Assembly (NCBI GenBank): GCA_963768855.1
Contig: CAVYJM010000007.1
Coordinates: 1 to 64,000 of the forward strand
DNA length: 64,000 nt
Origin: an uncultured Thermoplasmata archaeon
Lineage (GTDB): Archaea; Thermoplasmatota; Thermoplasmata; RBG-16-68-12
Reading direction: 5' to 3'
Of this stretch, positions 43,865 through 54,868 are shown piece after piece. Numbering within the stretch: the stretch's first letter is position 1; each line of letters opens with the position of its first letter. The translations under genes were made by a program, and so were the position numbers. Below the pieces are notes generated by a model. The model made no database searches and had not been told where the DNA came from. It was given only the letters and a program-made list of their open reading frames with translations.

Positions 43865-44481
43865 AGGACGAAACCCTCGGGCAGTTCCTCTCCTCGCTCG
43901 CGGCCGCGACTCCGACCCCGGGAGGCGGAAGCGTCTCCGCACTCGTCGGTGCGCTCGGAGCTGCGCTCGCCCGCATGGTCGCGGGGCTCGCCCGGGACAA
44001 GAAGGGCTACGAGGCGGTTCAGAGCGACCTCGTCCAGATCGAATCGAAGGGGTCCGTGATTCAAGAGCGGCTCACCCAGCTTGTCGAAGACGATTCCAGG
44101 GCGTACGAGGCCGTCGTCGCAGCCATGCGCCTTCCGAAGGGGACGGACCCGGAGAAGGCGCTGCGCGTCGAGGCGATGCAGGCCGCATACCAGGAGGCGA
44201 CCCGCGTGCCGCTCGAGACGATGGAGGCTTGCTCGGAGGTCCTCGAACTCGCGGTCCTCGCACTGGAGAAGGGGAACCGGGGTGCGACGACGGATGCCGC
44301 CGTGGCGATCCTCCTCGCGGAGGCGGGCCTTCGGGGCGCTAGCCTGAACGCCCGCGTCAATCTCGCCTCGATTCGCGATGAGACCTTCCGGACCGCGTCG
44401 GAAGCGAAGATGGACCGCATCCTGAGCCTTGCGGACGAGGTCGGGCACCGCGGCATCGCCCTGGCCGAAGGCCGTCTCTGA
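43861..44481 (+). CDS. Formiminotetrahydrofolate cyclodeaminase
   Basis: TPTPGGGSVSAL, D...AY, ATRVPL, A.LNARVNL; GTGA overlap with ftcD. Confidence 0.88.
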   Translation: MKDETLGQFLSSLAAATPTPGGGSVSALVGALGAALARMVAGLARDKKGYEAVQSDLVQIESKGSVIQERLTQLVEDDSRAYEAVVAAMRLPKGTDPEKALRVEAMQAAYQEATRVPLETMEACSEVLELAVLALEKGNRGATTDAAVAILLAEAGLRGASLNARVNLASIRDETFRTASEAKMDRILSLADEVGHRGIALAEGRL

Positions 44482-44544
44482 CTCGGCGCGTTCACGTCAC
44501 CCCGGAAAAGTCTTTACGCGCGAGAGCGCCTCTCTACCGACGCC

Positions 44545-46185
44545 ATGGAGCGCATCAAGGCGGCCCGAGGCCCGAAGCTGCGGTGCAAGGGCTGGAGGCA
44601 GGAAGCGATCCTGCGCATGCTCGAGAACAACCTCGAGAACGCGGAGAAGCCGGACGACCTGATCATCTACGGCGGAACGGGCAAGGCGGCCCGGAACTGG
44701 GAGGCCTTCCGGCAGATCGTCGAAGCACTGAAGAGCCTCGCGGACGATGAGACGCTGCTCGTGCAGAGCGGAAAGGCGGTGGCGATCTTCAAGACGACGA
44801 AGGACTCGCCGCGGGTCCTGACCGCCAACGCGCACCTCGTCCCGAAGTGGTCGAACTGGGAGACGTTCCGCGAGCTCGAGAAGCTCGGGCTCACGATGTA
44901 CGGCCAGATGACCGCGGGCGGCTGGTCCTACATCGGCTCGCAGGGCATCGTGCAGGGCACGTACGAGACCTTCGCGGCGTGCGCGCGGCAGAACTTCCAA
45001 GGCTCGCTCGCGGGCCGGCTCGTCCTGACGGGCGGAATGGGCGGCATGGGCGGCGCGCAGCCGCTCGCCATCAAGATGAACGAGGGAGTGTGCCTCGACG
45101 TCGAGGTCGACGAGGCGCGCATCCGTCGCCGGGTCGACAACAAGTACTGCGACCTCGTCGTCCGGGACCTGGACGAGGCTCTCGAGGTCGCGAAGGACGC
45201 CGTCCGGGAGAAGAAGGCGCTCTCGATCGGCCTCGTCGGCAACTGCGCGGAGGTCCACCCCGAGCTCGTGCGGCGCAAAGTCCGTCTGGACGTGGTCACG
45301 GACCAGACGTCCGCGCACGACCCCCTCGGAGGGTACATCCCTCGCGGGCTCTCGGTGAATGAGGCCGCCGACCTGAGGAAGGCCGATCCGGACGAGTACG
45401 TGCGGCGCTCGAAGGAATCGATCGCGATCCACTGCCGCGCGATGCTCGACATGCTCCACGCGGGCAGCATCGTCTTCGACTACGGGAACAACATCCGTGG
45501 CCAGGCCAAGGAGGCGGGCGTCGAGAACGCGTTCGAGTTCAAGGGGTTCGTGCCCCTGTACATCCGCCCGATGTTCTGCGAGGGCCGCGGTCCGTTCCGG
45601 TGGGTCGCCGTCAGCGGCGACCCAGAGGACATCCTCAAGACGGACCAGGTCGTCCTCGAGGAGTTCCCGAAGGACGCGACCCTGCGGCGATGGATCCAAC
45701 TCGCGGAGGAGTTCCTCCCCTGGGAGGGCCTCCCCGCCCGGGTTTGCTGGCTCGGCTACGGCGAGCGGGCGCGCTTCGGAACGCGCATCAACCGCATGGT
45801 CGGGGCGCACGAGCTCTCCGGTCCGATCGTGATCACACGGGACCATCTGGACGCCGGGTCGGTCGCCTCGCCCTACCGGGAGACAGAAGGGATGCGGGAC
45901 GGGTCCGACGCAATCGCAGACTGGCCCCTGCTCAACGCCCTCGTGAACACGGCGGCGGGAGCCGACCTGGTTGCGGTGCACAACGGGGGCGGCGTCGGGA
46001 TCGGATACTCGACCCACGCCGGCGCCCTCGTGGTCTGTGACGGGACCGCGGAGGCCGAGAAGCGCATTGCGCGCGTCCTCACGACGGACCCGGGCACGGG
46101 CGTCGTGCGCCATGCCGACGCGGGCTATGAGGACGCGATCCGGTTCGCGAAGGAACACGAGATCCGGATGCCCTCCCTCGAGTGA
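44545..46185 (+). CDS. hutU: Urocanate hydratase
   Basis: [51 protein letters not shown]. Confidence 0.97.
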   Translation: MERIKAARGPKLRCKGWRQEAILRMLENNLENAEKPDDLIIYGGTGKAARNWEAFRQIVEALKSLADDETLLVQSGKAVAIFKTTKDSPRVLTANAHLVPKWSNWETFRELEKLGLTMYGQMTAGGWSYIGSQGIVQGTYETFAACARQNFQGSLAGRLVLTGGMGGMGGAQPLAIKMNEGVCLDVEVDEARIRRRVDNKYCDLVVRDLDEALEVAKDAVREKKALSIGLVGNCAEVHPELVRRKVRLDVVTDQTSAHDPLGGYIPRGLSVNEAADLRKADPDEYVRRSKESIAIHCRAMLDMLHAGSIVFDYGNNIRGQAKEAGVENAFEFKGFVPLYIRPMFCEGRGPFRWVAVSGDPEDILKTDQVVLEEFPKDATLRRWIQLAEEFLPWEGLPARVCWLGYGERARFGTRINRMVGAHELSGPIVITRDHLDAGSVASPYRETEGMRDGSDAIADWPLLNALVNTAAGADLVAVHNGGGVGIGYSTHAGALVVCDGTAEAEKRIARVLTTDPGTGVVRHADAGYEDAIRFAKEHEIRMPSLE

Positions 46186-46189
46186 TCCG

Positions 46190-46591
46190 GTGTCCGCGGT
46201 CCAGCGTCGTCCGTTCGTGACTGTGGACGGCCTCATTCCCATCGAGGCGAAGCTCGTGGCGGTCGTTCGCCGCAACCCGCCGTTCCAGGGGATGCCTGCC
46301 CTCCCGGGCGGCTTCGTCGAGCTCGGCGAGACGACGGAGCAGGGTGTGCTCCGCGAGGTCCGCGAGGAGACCGGGCTGGAGACGCGCGTCTTACGCTTGG
46401 TCGGCGTGTACTCCGATCCGTCGCGGGATCCTCGGGGTCACACCGTGACCGCGGCGTACGCCCTCGAGCCCACCGGAGGCGTGCTGAAGGCGGCGAGCGA
46501 CGCGAAGGAGATCGCGCTCTTGGATCCCGACCGACTGCCTCCGATGGCGTTCGACCATGCGCGCATTGTCGCAGACTGGCGTCGCGGCTAG
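46190..46591 (+). CDS. NUDIX hydrolase
   Basis: Nudix box GGFVELGETTEQGVLREVREETGL; DPSRDPRGH. Confidence 0.88.
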   Translation: MSAVQRRPFVTVDGLIPIEAKLVAVVRRNPPFQGMPALPGGFVELGETTEQGVLREVREETGLETRVLRLVGVYSDPSRDPRGHTVTAAYALEPTGGVLKAASDAKEIALLDPDRLPPMAFDHARIVADWRRG

Positions 46592-47160
46592 AGATCCCCG
46601 CTCGGCCTGGACCAGGCCTTCTTGGCGGTGCCGGGAAGCCAGCCGAGTAGGACAAGGACGAAGCCCGTCGCAACGAAGAGTCCGATTCCTGCCGCGGTCG
46701 GGGCAGGATACGGTGGCATCGCCGCAAGCCACACCTCCACCACGGCGCGCGCCAGGAACGCCGCGATCCCGGCTAGGATGCCCGCCCGCGATCCGGCCTC
46801 GACGCTCACCCAGAGGACCCACGCAACGAGGACGATGAGGAACGGAATGGCGAGGATGTTGGGGATCGGGAATTCCTGGGTGATCTGCAGGATCGGAGAA
46901 CTCGGGATGGCGAGTATGAAGGCAATCGTTGCGAAGGCGAGCTTGAAGGCCGTTCCGAAGCCGTAGACCTGGCGGTACTCGCGTCCGATTAGGTTCGGCG
47001 GGCCCGCATCGCGAAGGGCCTTGACTGCATCTCCACCATTTCCTGCCACAGCCTCGGACAGGTGGCTCTGCAGCTCCCTCAAGATGTCCTCGCGAACCGC
47101 GGGCGCCATTCCGAACATCGATCGACGGACTTGCGCCAGGTACGAGTTCACTTCGCTCAT
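46588..47160 (-). CDS. Membrane protein with an N-terminal HAAS-like domain (PadR partner)
   Basis: YL..V...M......REDILREL.SHL.E...G.P..IGREY followed by 4 TM helices. Confidence 0.7.
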   Translation of the reverse strand: MSEVNSYLAQVRRSMFGMAPAVREDILRELQSHLSEAVAGNGGDAVKALRDAGPPNLIGREYRQVYGFGTAFKLAFATIAFILAIPSSPILQITQEFPIPNILAIPFLIVLVAWVLWVSVEAGSRAGILAGIAAFLARAVVEVWLAAMPPYPAPTAAGIGLFVATGFVLVLLGWLPGTAKKAWSRPSGDL

Positions 47161-47513
47161 CGAATTCCCTCCAGCACCTTCTCAGCGCCGGCCGTCATCT
47201 GCCGCCAGATCGCGAGGGCCTCCGAGAGGGCGGTGCGGCCGCGGTCCGTCAGGTGGTAGTACTTCCGCGGGATTCCCCCCTCGCCCGTCGCGGGATCCTT
47301 CCAGTGGCTCTCGACGAACCCCCGTTCCTCGAGCCGCCGGAGCGCAGGATAGAGCGTCCCTTCCTTGAGGTCGAAGAAGCCGTTCGACGTCTCGCGGAGT
47401 TCGTGGAGGATCTGGAAGCCGTATTTCTCTTCCTTCGAGAGGAGCGCGAGGAGGCACAGCTGGATCGACCCGCGCTTCAGTTCCGCGGTCCACTCGGGGG
47501 AGATCTCGGCCAT
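47157..47513 (-). CDS. PadR family transcriptional regulator
   Basis: ELKRG, YGFQI, EGTLYPALRRLE, RKYYHLTDRG. Confidence 0.92.
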   Translation of the reverse strand: MAEISPEWTAELKRGSIQLCLLALLSKEEKYGFQILHELRETSNGFFDLKEGTLYPALRRLEERGFVESHWKDPATGEGGIPRKYYHLTDRGRTALSEALAIWRQMTAGAEKVLEGIR

Positions 47514-47669
47514 GGGATGCGCCTCGTATCCGGGGTTCGGTATTTCGCCTTTCGGGACGACGCGACAAGCGGGGCCACCGGACCGACATGAAGCGTCACC
47601 TCGTGTGCAAAGTAGGAGGGCACGGGTGTGCGCTCCGGAAAAGGAGAAAAAGAGGGGGAGGGGCGGCGC

Positions 47670-49028
47670 TCAGTTCTTCGGGCGCCGCGCCCTGCTCCGG
47701 AGATACAGGGCGGGGATGATGGCGACCCCTACGACCGCGACCTGTATCAGCAAGATGCCGAGTGGGGTGAGGTTGAATCCGGCCGACACGTTCGGCGCGA
47801 ACGACTCCACGCTCATGGACGGATCGTGGACGATCGTCGAGCCCGCGGGATAGATGAACGCCCCGTGGACCATGAAGCCGAAGAAGGCGCTCTCCCCGTT
47901 GCTCGTGACGATCCGGCTGCCTCCCTGCACCTGGAACAGCATCGTCTCCGGTTGCCCGTCCACACTGACGTCCGAGGTCCAGCGGAACTCCCCGACGCGG
48001 GTGAATGGGTCGTCGAAGGTGATCTTGTCCATCGTGTACAGGTGGGGCACGGAGGGCGCGTCCGCCGCCGTCTCGTTGTCCAGGAGCGTCGCGTTGGCCT
48101 CGTCCTCTGCCCGCTCTTGCGCGTAGGCCTGGTGGATGAAGTCGACCGTGCGGTCCGGGAAGAAGTTCCCGAAGACCAGGTACGTCTCGAGGGCGAGCTT
48201 GTCGGTCGGGCTCGTGAAGTCCCAGCCGTCGATCACGTGGTCGTACTTCGCCCCCATCTGGACCGCCGCGCCGGAGACCGTGCGGTTGCCCTCGGAGGAG
48301 ACGTTCGTGATCTCCCGCGGCGTCGTGTCCGTCACGGTCACGCGGTACCAGGGCACCTGGCCCGTCTTGTTGACCGTGTCCACGGTCAGGTGGAACGTGA
48401 ACGCCACTAGGTTCAGCATGCTGTCGCCCGTCCCGTTCGCGAGGGGCAGGAGCGGGTTGATCCAGGTGTACGCGAGATCCTGAGCCTCGATCGTGAAATT
48501 CACGTAGAACGTGCCCCCAACGAGCTCGTAGCTCTCGTTCGTCATCGCCCACGCGCCCGTCCGCAGGTTCAGCGCCTTCACCGGGACGTTCACGGTGGTG
48601 AGCGTCGGGAAGGTGTCGTTCCCGAAGAGCCCGAATCCTGCCGTGGCGTTCAGCGTCTTGAACTCGATGAATCGGTCAAGGCTCTGCGCCAGGACCGTGC
48701 GCACCGGGATGCCTCGGGTGGCGAGGGCCTGGCCCTGCTGGTTCACGACGTCCGCGCCGCCGAGGTACCGCGTGTACTCGGCGAAGATCACGACGCGGTT
48801 CGGGTTCGACGGGGTGCCGTACAGGACTCCGAAGTTCGCGTCTCCCGCGGTCACGCCGACCCAGTCGCCGCCGCCCAACCGGGCCGTCGGCGTCGGGCCG
48901 ACGAACACGGGCGCGGTGCTCCGGGCTAGGGAGGCGGGGGTGTTCGAGCTGGCGGACGCCGTGGTCGCGATCGCGAGCGGCACGGCAAGCATGGCCAGCG
49001 CAATCAGGGTGGCTGCGATTCCTCGCAT
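47670..49028 (-). CDS. Secreted, C-terminally anchored surface (glyco)protein; paralog of 18945-20402
   Basis: AGGAGG Shine-Dalgarno before ATG 49028; GGGDW..GDANFGV.YG, KYDH.IDGW, IVHDP, C-terminal TM helix; pyrimidine-rich tract after the stop. Confidence 0.75.
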   Translation of the reverse strand: MRGIAATLIALAMLAVPLAIATTASASSNTPASLARSTAPVFVGPTPTARLGGGDWVGVTAGDANFGVLYGTPSNPNRVVIFAEYTRYLGGADVVNQQGQALATRGIPVRTVLAQSLDRFIEFKTLNATAGFGLFGNDTFPTLTTVNVPVKALNLRTGAWAMTNESYELVGGTFYVNFTIEAQDLAYTWINPLLPLANGTGDSMLNLVAFTFHLTVDTVNKTGQVPWYRVTVTDTTPREITNVSSEGNRTVSGAAVQMGAKYDHVIDGWDFTSPTDKLALETYLVFGNFFPDRTVDFIHQAYAQERAEDEANATLLDNETAADAPSVPHLYTMDKITFDDPFTRVGEFRWTSDVSVDGQPETMLFQVQGGSRIVTSNGESAFFGFMVHGAFIYPAGSTIVHDPSMSVESFAPNVSAGFNLTPLGILLIQVAVVGVAIIPALYLRSRARRPKN

Positions 49029-49159
49029 GGTGTTCCTCCTTGGTGCGGGGTCTGTCCCCGCTATATACATAGCGTCACTATGTATTGTGCCATACTTAAA
49101 CCCACCGGGAAGATTCGCGCGGCGAAGGACTAATACCCGCGCACGGATGCACGAATTCG

Positions 49160-49525
49160 GTGCCCCGAACCGTCCTCCTCGACGCGAACGCCCTCCTGAT
49201 GCCCTTCCAGTTCCGGATCAACCTCGAGACGGAGCTCCGCCGCCTCCTGGGCGAGGTCGACCTTGCGGTTCCCACCCCGGTCCTCGAGGAGCTGCGGATG
49301 CTCGCGACCCACGACCGGGACGCGAAGGCGGCCGGGCGGCTCGCGGCGAAGTACCGCACCGTGGAGGGCCGCGGATCCGCGGACGATGCGCTCCTCGAGC
49401 TCGCGCTCTCTCTGCACGCCGTCGTCGTGACGAACGACCAGCCGCTCCTCGACCGGTTGGAGAGGGAGGGCGTGCCCCGCGCGCATCTGCGCTCGCGGAG
49501 CCACCTCGTGCTCGAGGGGTTGTGA
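49160..49525 (+). CDS. PIN domain protein (Fcf1/Utp24-like archaeal family)
   Basis: VLLDANALL, VLEEL, ADD, VVTND. Confidence 0.85.
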   Translation: MPRTVLLDANALLMPFQFRINLETELRRLLGEVDLAVPTPVLEELRMLATHDRDAKAAGRLAAKYRTVEGRGSADDALLELALSLHAVVVTNDQPLLDRLEREGVPRAHLRSRSHLVLEGL

Positions 49526-49571
49526 GCCCTCAGGGAAAAGGCATAAACGCGGCGCGGCGCTCCCCCGCGCG

Positions 49572-50228
49572 GTGAAACCCTACCACGTCGAGACGCTCAA
49601 GGGGATCGCGCTCCTGGGCGGCACGAAGGAATACGTGAACCTGTCGTCGCGGGAGCTCGGCAAGCTCATCGGCGTGAGCCAGCAGTCCGCGTCGCAACGG
49701 ATCCTCGAGCTGATCCGCGAAGGCCTCGTCACCCGCGACCTGGCGACCCGGCGGCAGCGGATCAAGCTCACGGGAAAGGGCATGGACCTCTTGCGCAAGG
49801 AGTACGCGGACTACCAGCGGATCTTCGAGATCAAGGAGACCGTCACGCTCTCCGGAACCGTCGCGAGCGGCCTCGGCGAGGGCGCGTTCTACATGCGGCA
49901 GAAGGGCTACAAGGACCAGTTCCGCAAGAAACTCTGGTTCGAGCCGTTCGAGGGCACCCTGAACCTCAAGGTGCCCAGCTCGGACCTGGCGAAGGTGGAG
50001 GTCCTGCGGGACAGCCCGGGCATCGAGATCAGCGGGTTCGAGTCCGGGGGCCGCACGTTCGGCGGCGCGAAGTGCTTCCTCGCGGCCCTGGGCCACCTCG
50101 ACTGCGCGATTATCCTGCCGATCCGGTCGCACTACTCCGAGGTCCTCGAGGTGATCTCGAAGCACTACCTCCGCGGCTCCCTCGGCCTGAAAGACGGCGA
50201 CAGCGTCGAGCTGATCGTGCAACTCTAG
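49572..50228 (+). CDS. ribK: CTP-dependent riboflavin kinase with an N-terminal wHTH
   Basis: SQQSASQR HTH; GTVASGLGEGAFY, FEGTLN, RSHY.E..EVIS...LR..L.L.DGD.V. Confidence 0.92.
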   Translation: MKPYHVETLKGIALLGGTKEYVNLSSRELGKLIGVSQQSASQRILELIREGLVTRDLATRRQRIKLTGKGMDLLRKEYADYQRIFEIKETVTLSGTVASGLGEGAFYMRQKGYKDQFRKKLWFEPFEGTLNLKVPSSDLAKVEVLRDSPGIEISGFESGGRTFGGAKCFLAALGHLDCAIILPIRSHYSEVLEVISKHYLRGSLGLKDGDSVELIVQL

Positions 50229-50295
50229 GCGGACCCCACGACCCGGCGCTTCCATCGCATTTATGCCTTCCCCGGTCCCTTGACCAGGCGGAAAC

Positions 50296-51189
50296 ATGGA
50301 GGGACGCTCCCAGGTTCTCGTCGTCGTGGCCGTGGCAGTGGCCATCATTCTGGCCGCCGTGGCGTTCGTGCTCGTCCCGAAACCGCCCTCGACCGCGTCG
50401 CCCCCTGCGGGCCTCGGGATCGCCCGCCTCTCCGTCCTCACGGATCACTCGAACTACCTCTCCGGACAGGCGGTCAACGTCACCGTGCGGGTCGACAACG
50501 TGGGTGACGCTCCGCTGCGACTCAACTTCAGCGGCACCTGCCAGGCCGCATACGAGATTCTGAATGCCAGCGGAGGGCTCGTCTACGACCCCCATCCCGG
50601 GTTGGACTGCAGATCCACGGACACGAATCTGACCCTGCTCCCGGATGGCTTCAAGGAATACCCGTTCACCTGGGACCAGTCTACGGACCGCGGCTTGGTC
50701 GCGCTGGCCCCTTACCGCGTCCAAGGCAGGCTTCTGACGGTAAGTCCTCTTCCCGCCCTCACGGCCGAGGCCGACTTCGTGATCGAGTTCGGCACGACCC
50801 TCGAGTTCACTGCGAGCCTGGATTCGCTGCTCTACCATCCCGGCGACGTCGCGAACGTCACGGTGACCCTGACGAACACGGGTCAGGCTCCCGCCGTGAT
50901 GCACTTCAGGAACCCCTGCTACGATCAGTTCGTGGTCTCGACGGAGGGCCTCGGCACGGTGTTCACCTCCGCGAAGAACACGGGTTGCATCCAAGTCATC
51001 GCCGAAATCGTGCTCCATCCGGGTGAGTCGGTCAAGCATGTGTTCCGCTGGGACCTCGAGACGGACGCCGGCACTCCGCTTGCTTCCGGTCGATCGTACG
51101 AAGTCACCCCGGGATTCGTGTGGGGTGCGCTCCTCTATCAGCGTTTCGTCACGAGCACTCAGACGGCCTTCTTCTTCCTTGGATCGTAA
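50296..51189 (+). CDS. Membrane-anchored protein with two Ig-like (BsuPI-like) domains
   Basis: N-terminal TM helix; two repeats of Y..G..V.VT....N.G.....L.F...C. Confidence 0.7.
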   Translation: MEGRSQVLVVVAVAVAIILAAVAFVLVPKPPSTASPPAGLGIARLSVLTDHSNYLSGQAVNVTVRVDNVGDAPLRLNFSGTCQAAYEILNASGGLVYDPHPGLDCRSTDTNLTLLPDGFKEYPFTWDQSTDRGLVALAPYRVQGRLLTVSPLPALTAEADFVIEFGTTLEFTASLDSLLYHPGDVANVTVTLTNTGQAPAVMHFRNPCYDQFVVSTEGLGTVFTSAKNTGCIQVIAEIVLHPGESVKHVFRWDLETDAGTPLASGRSYEVTPGFVWGALLYQRFVTSTQTAFFFLGS

Positions 51190-51223
51190 TCCCGGACGCC
51201 GCGGGTGGCCAATTGCAACGCGC

Positions 51224-52060
51224 TCAGAACCGCTTCTCCACGTACTGCAGGACGCTCTCGAAGGCGGCCTTCCCGTCCCCGTATACCGGATCGCCGTCCG
51301 GCGTCCGGGTCCAGTCCGGGTGGAGGTGGCGGAAGAAACATCGCTCCGGGTGCGGCTGGACTCCAAAGACATTCCCTTCGCGGTTGCAGAGCGCCGCGAT
51401 GTTGAACGTCGTCCCGCTCGGGTTCCACGGGTAGCCCGCGTATGTCCCTTGGTCATCGACGAACCGGAAGACGATCTGGTCGTTGTCGATGAGCTCCTTG
51501 AGGAGCTTCTTCTTCCGATCCCGCGGGAGGAGGAATTTGCCCTCGGCGTGCGAGCTGATGTAGGTCACGACCTGTCCGTGCTTCAGGTTGCGCGTGAACA
51601 CGCAGGTGCCGCTGTTCTCGTGCTTCAACAGGCTCGGCCTGCACTCGTAGTGGCTGGAGTCGTTCGTGGCGAGGACCGCCTCGGGCTCGGCCGTCATGAC
51701 GCCTCCGAGAGCGGGGAGCAGGCCCGCCTCGACGAGCACCTGGAAGCCGTTGCAGACGCCGAAGACGGGTTTCCCCGCCTTCACGAAGTCGACGAGCGGT
51801 TTGGAGAGACGGGAGCGCATGCGCGCGGCGAAGATTGTGCCTGCCCGGACGTAGTCCCCGGCGGCGAACCCTCCCGGAATCATCAGGATATCGTAGTCCT
51901 CGAGGTCCCGGCGCAGCTCTGCGGGCGTGTCCCCGGTGAGTTGCTTGAGGTGGACCTTCTCGGCCTGCGCCCCGAGCAGGCGAAAGTAGTCCGCGGACTC
52001 CTGCTCGCAGTTCGTGCCCTCGATGTAGACGACGCCGACTCGGATCGAGGACCGCTTCAC
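51224..52060 (-). CDS. purQ: Phosphoribosylformylglycinamidine synthase, glutaminase subunit
   Basis: GTNCEQE, PGGFAAGD, GVCNGFQ, SHAEG, QPHPER; GTG 52060 overlaps the purL stop. Confidence 0.95.
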   Translation of the reverse strand: MKRSSIRVGVVYIEGTNCEQESADYFRLLGAQAEKVHLKQLTGDTPAELRRDLEDYDILMIPGGFAAGDYVRAGTIFAARMRSRLSKPLVDFVKAGKPVFGVCNGFQVLVEAGLLPALGGVMTAEPEAVLATNDSSHYECRPSLLKHENSGTCVFTRNLKHGQVVTYISSHAEGKFLLPRDRKKKLLKELIDNDQIVFRFVDDQGTYAGYPWNPSGTTFNIAALCNREGNVFGVQPHPERCFFRHLHPDWTRTPDGDPVYGDGKAAFESVLQYVEKRF

Positions 52061-54426
52061 GAGACCACCACCTGCCTCGGGATCGCCTCGGACCAGGCCT
52101 TGCGCATCGCCGCGACCGGAATCGTAACCTGCTTCTTCGAGTTGCGGAACCGGAGGGAGCGCCCCCCGGTCCGACCCACGAAGGTCAGCGGCACCCCCTC
52201 GAGGAGATGCTGGAACGCGTCCTCCTTGCCCTGGACGACCTCGACGAGCCATCGGCCGTTCGATTCGGAAAAGAGCTGCACGTCCCACCGCGCCGGATCC
52301 ATGGCCGCGGTGTCCAGCGCGGCGCCGAGGTCTCCCCCGAGGCACATCTCCGCCGCCGCGACGGCTAGGCCGCCGTGACTCAGGTCGTGGCACGCGGCGA
52401 CGGTCCGCTGGTCGATGGCCTTCAGGAGATGGTCCAGGGAGGCACGCAGGCCGTGCGCGTCCGTCGCGGGCACCGTGCCGCCCACCCGGCTCCGGGCGCG
52501 GAAGTACTCGGAGCCGCCGAACTCGTTGTCCGTGCGACCGATCAGGAAGAGGGCGTCCCCCTCCCTCTTCAGGTCCGAGGTGACGCACTTCCGGAGATCC
52601 TCGACGATGCCAACACCCAGGATCACCGGAGTCGGTGGGGACGGTCCGAGCGCGGACTCGTTGTACAAGGAGACGTTCCCCGAGGGGATGGGGACCCCGA
52701 GCGCCTTCGCCGTCTCCCCGATCCCGCGCACCGCCTCGCGGAAATACCACAGGCGGTCGGGCTTCTCCGGATTCCCGAAGTTCAGGCAGTTCGTGAAGGA
52801 GTGGGGCCGCGCGCCGACCGCCGCGAGATTCCGGCACACCTCGTCGACCGCCGTGGCTCCGCCGCGGTACGGATCGATGATCGTGAAGTTCGAGGTCGAG
52901 GAAATCGCGATCGCCAGAGCTCTCCACGATTCCGGGAGCGGCCGGATCACGGACGCGTCCCCGTGGCTCGCGCGCCCGATCACTCCCTGCATGGGCTTGA
53001 GGACCGTCGACGCGCGCACCTCGTGGTCGTACTGCCGGATCACGTACTCCTTCGAAGCGACGTTCGGGGAGGAGAGGAGCTTGAGGATCATGGAGCGGTA
53101 GTCGCGGGGCTCCGACGGCAGCCGGGTGTCCTGACGGGGCAAGTCCTCCGGAGGCGCGTAGGGCCTGCGGTACTCGGGGCCGCCCGTGTAGAATTCGATG
53201 TCGAGGTCGAGCACGAGCTCGCCGTGGTACCGGACGCGGGTGTGCTTCTGCGAGATCACATGGCCGATGACAGTCGCCGGGACGTCGTAGAGGTCGAAGA
53301 TCTGCAGGACCGCATCCACGTTGCGCGGGGCGACCGCGAGCATCATGCGCTCCTGGCTCTCGGACACCCAGATCTCCCAGGGGTCCAGGGCCTGCTCCTT
53401 GAGCGGGACCTTCTCGAGATCCACCTCGGCGCCGAAGCCACCGGCGAGGGCGAGCTCCCCGACGACACAGGAAAGGCCGCCGCCGCCCAGGTCCTTGAGC
53501 CCGTCGAGCAGCCCGCGCTGCGCTGCCTCGACGCATGCGTGGATGAGCGGTTCCTTCAAGATCGGATCGCCCAGCTGCACGGCCCCGCCCTCCCACTCGT
53601 GCACCGCCTTCTCCGTGAGGTCGATGCTCGCGAAGGTGACGCCGTGGATCCCGTCCCGCCCGGTGCGGCCGCCGCAGAGGATGAAGACGTCCTCGAGGGA
53701 CTTCACCCGGTTCTTGACGATCTGGGACTTCTTCCCGAAGCCCACGCATGCGACGTTGACGACGATGTTGCCGACGTATCCCTCGTCGAACACGATGCAT
53801 CCCGCGACCGTGGGGATCCCGACACGGTTGCCGTAGTCGCGGATCCCCGCGACGACGCCGCCGAACAGGTACTTCGGATGCTTGATCCCGGGCGGGAGCT
53901 TGTCCATGGGGAAGTCGAGGGGACCGAAGTGGAGCGGGTCCGCGAGGGCGATCGGCTGCGCGCCCATCGCGAGCACGTCCCGCAGGATGCCGCCGATCCC
54001 GGTGTTCGCGCCGCCATACGGTTCGATCGCGGAGGGATGGTTGTGGCTCTCGATGCGGAGGGCGTACGCATGGTCCGCGTCGAACTCGACGACGCCCGCG
54101 TCGCCCCGGTCCAGGATGTACGGCGCCTGGACCGGGAAGATGAACTCCCGGAGGAAGACCTTGGAGGACTTGTAGCAGCAGTGCTCGGACCATGCCTGGC
54201 CCAAGGCCTGCAGCTCGACGTCCGTCGGCTCGCGCCCCTCCTTGCGGAAATACTCCCGGACCGTCCGCATCTCCTCGACGCTGAGGGCCAGCCCCATCTG
54301 GTCGCTGACCTGCGTGAGCTCCTCGTCGGCCGCGTCGCGCAGAAGAACGTCGTGCAACGGGAACGGGAGGTCCCTCGCGCGGAATCGCCCCGCCACCTTG
54401 TCGCCCCGAGAATGGCAAGGGCACAC
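52057..54426 (-). CDS. purL: Phosphoribosylformylglycinamidine synthase, synthetase subunit
   Basis: WSEHCCYKSS, ESHNHPS, GGILRD, SESQERM, SGNVSLYNE, HDLSHGG. Confidence 0.95.
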   Translation of the reverse strand: MCPCHSRGDKVAGRFRARDLPFPLHDVLLRDAADEELTQVSDQMGLALSVEEMRTVREYFRKEGREPTDVELQALGQAWSEHCCYKSSKVFLREFIFPVQAPYILDRGDAGVVEFDADHAYALRIESHNHPSAIEPYGGANTGIGGILRDVLAMGAQPIALADPLHFGPLDFPMDKLPPGIKHPKYLFGGVVAGIRDYGNRVGIPTVAGCIVFDEGYVGNIVVNVACVGFGKKSQIVKNRVKSLEDVFILCGGRTGRDGIHGVTFASIDLTEKAVHEWEGGAVQLGDPILKEPLIHACVEAAQRGLLDGLKDLGGGGLSCVVGELALAGGFGAEVDLEKVPLKEQALDPWEIWVSESQERMMLAVAPRNVDAVLQIFDLYDVPATVIGHVISQKHTRVRYHGELVLDLDIEFYTGGPEYRRPYAPPEDLPRQDTRLPSEPRDYRSMILKLLSSPNVASKEYVIRQYDHEVRASTVLKPMQGVIGRASHGDASVIRPLPESWRALAIAISSTSNFTIIDPYRGGATAVDEVCRNLAAVGARPHSFTNCLNFGNPEKPDRLWYFREAVRGIGETAKALGVPIPSGNVSLYNESALGPSPPTPVILGVGIVEDLRKCVTSDLKREGDALFLIGRTDNEFGGSEYFRARSRVGGTVPATDAHGLRASLDHLLKAIDQRTVAACHDLSHGGLAVAAAEMCLGGDLGAALDTAAMDPARWDVQLFSESNGRWLVEVVQGKEDAFQHLLEGVPLTFVGRTGGRSLRFRNSKKQVTIPVAAMRKAWSEAIPRQVVVS

Positions 54427-54571
54427 GGTACATTAGGCTTCGCGTCGAAGGGAAAGGACTCGCGTGATCCGGAGACGGGGAAATCGACTTAGCGACGCAG
54501 CGCCTTCGCGTGCGGAGTCACGACCGTTCGGTGGTGACGCGGGGCACGAACCCGCCGCGGGGAGGGAGCCC

Positions 54572-54868
54572 ATGGTCTCACAGCTGCGGATGTACAAAGC
54601 GAAGGATGGTGAGCTCGAGGCATTCATCCGGGAGTGGCGGGCGCAGGTCCTTCCGCTCCGTCGCAGGTTCGGGTTCCGGGTCGAAGGGGCCTGGGCCATC
54701 CGGGAGCGGAACGAGTTCATCTGGATCATCGCCTACGACGGACCGGAGGACTTCGAGACGCGCGACGCCGAGTACTACGCGTCCCCCGAGCGGAAGGCCC
54801 TCACTCCGGATCCGGCGAGGCATCTCGCCCACATCGACACGCGTCTCATGACGTCGGTCCTGTCGTGA
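54572..54868 (+). CDS. NIPSNAP family protein
   Basis: QLRMY.AK.G.LE.F...W......R...GF...G.W. Confidence 0.75.
   Translation: MVSQLRMYKAKDGELEAFIREWRAQVLPLRRRFGFRVEGAWAIRERNEFIWIIAYDGPEDFETRDAEYYASPERKALTPDPARHLAHIDTRLMTSVLS

Noticed and set aside
42886-44481. 531-aa ORF suggesting an extended cyclodeaminase
   Set aside because: The N-terminal part is an off-frame shadow of ftcD; the real gene starts at GTG 43861.
51224-54433. 1069-aa ORF suggesting a giant PurQ fusion
   Set aside because: The upstream ~790 aa are a low-complexity alternative frame over purL. PurQ starts at GTG 52060.
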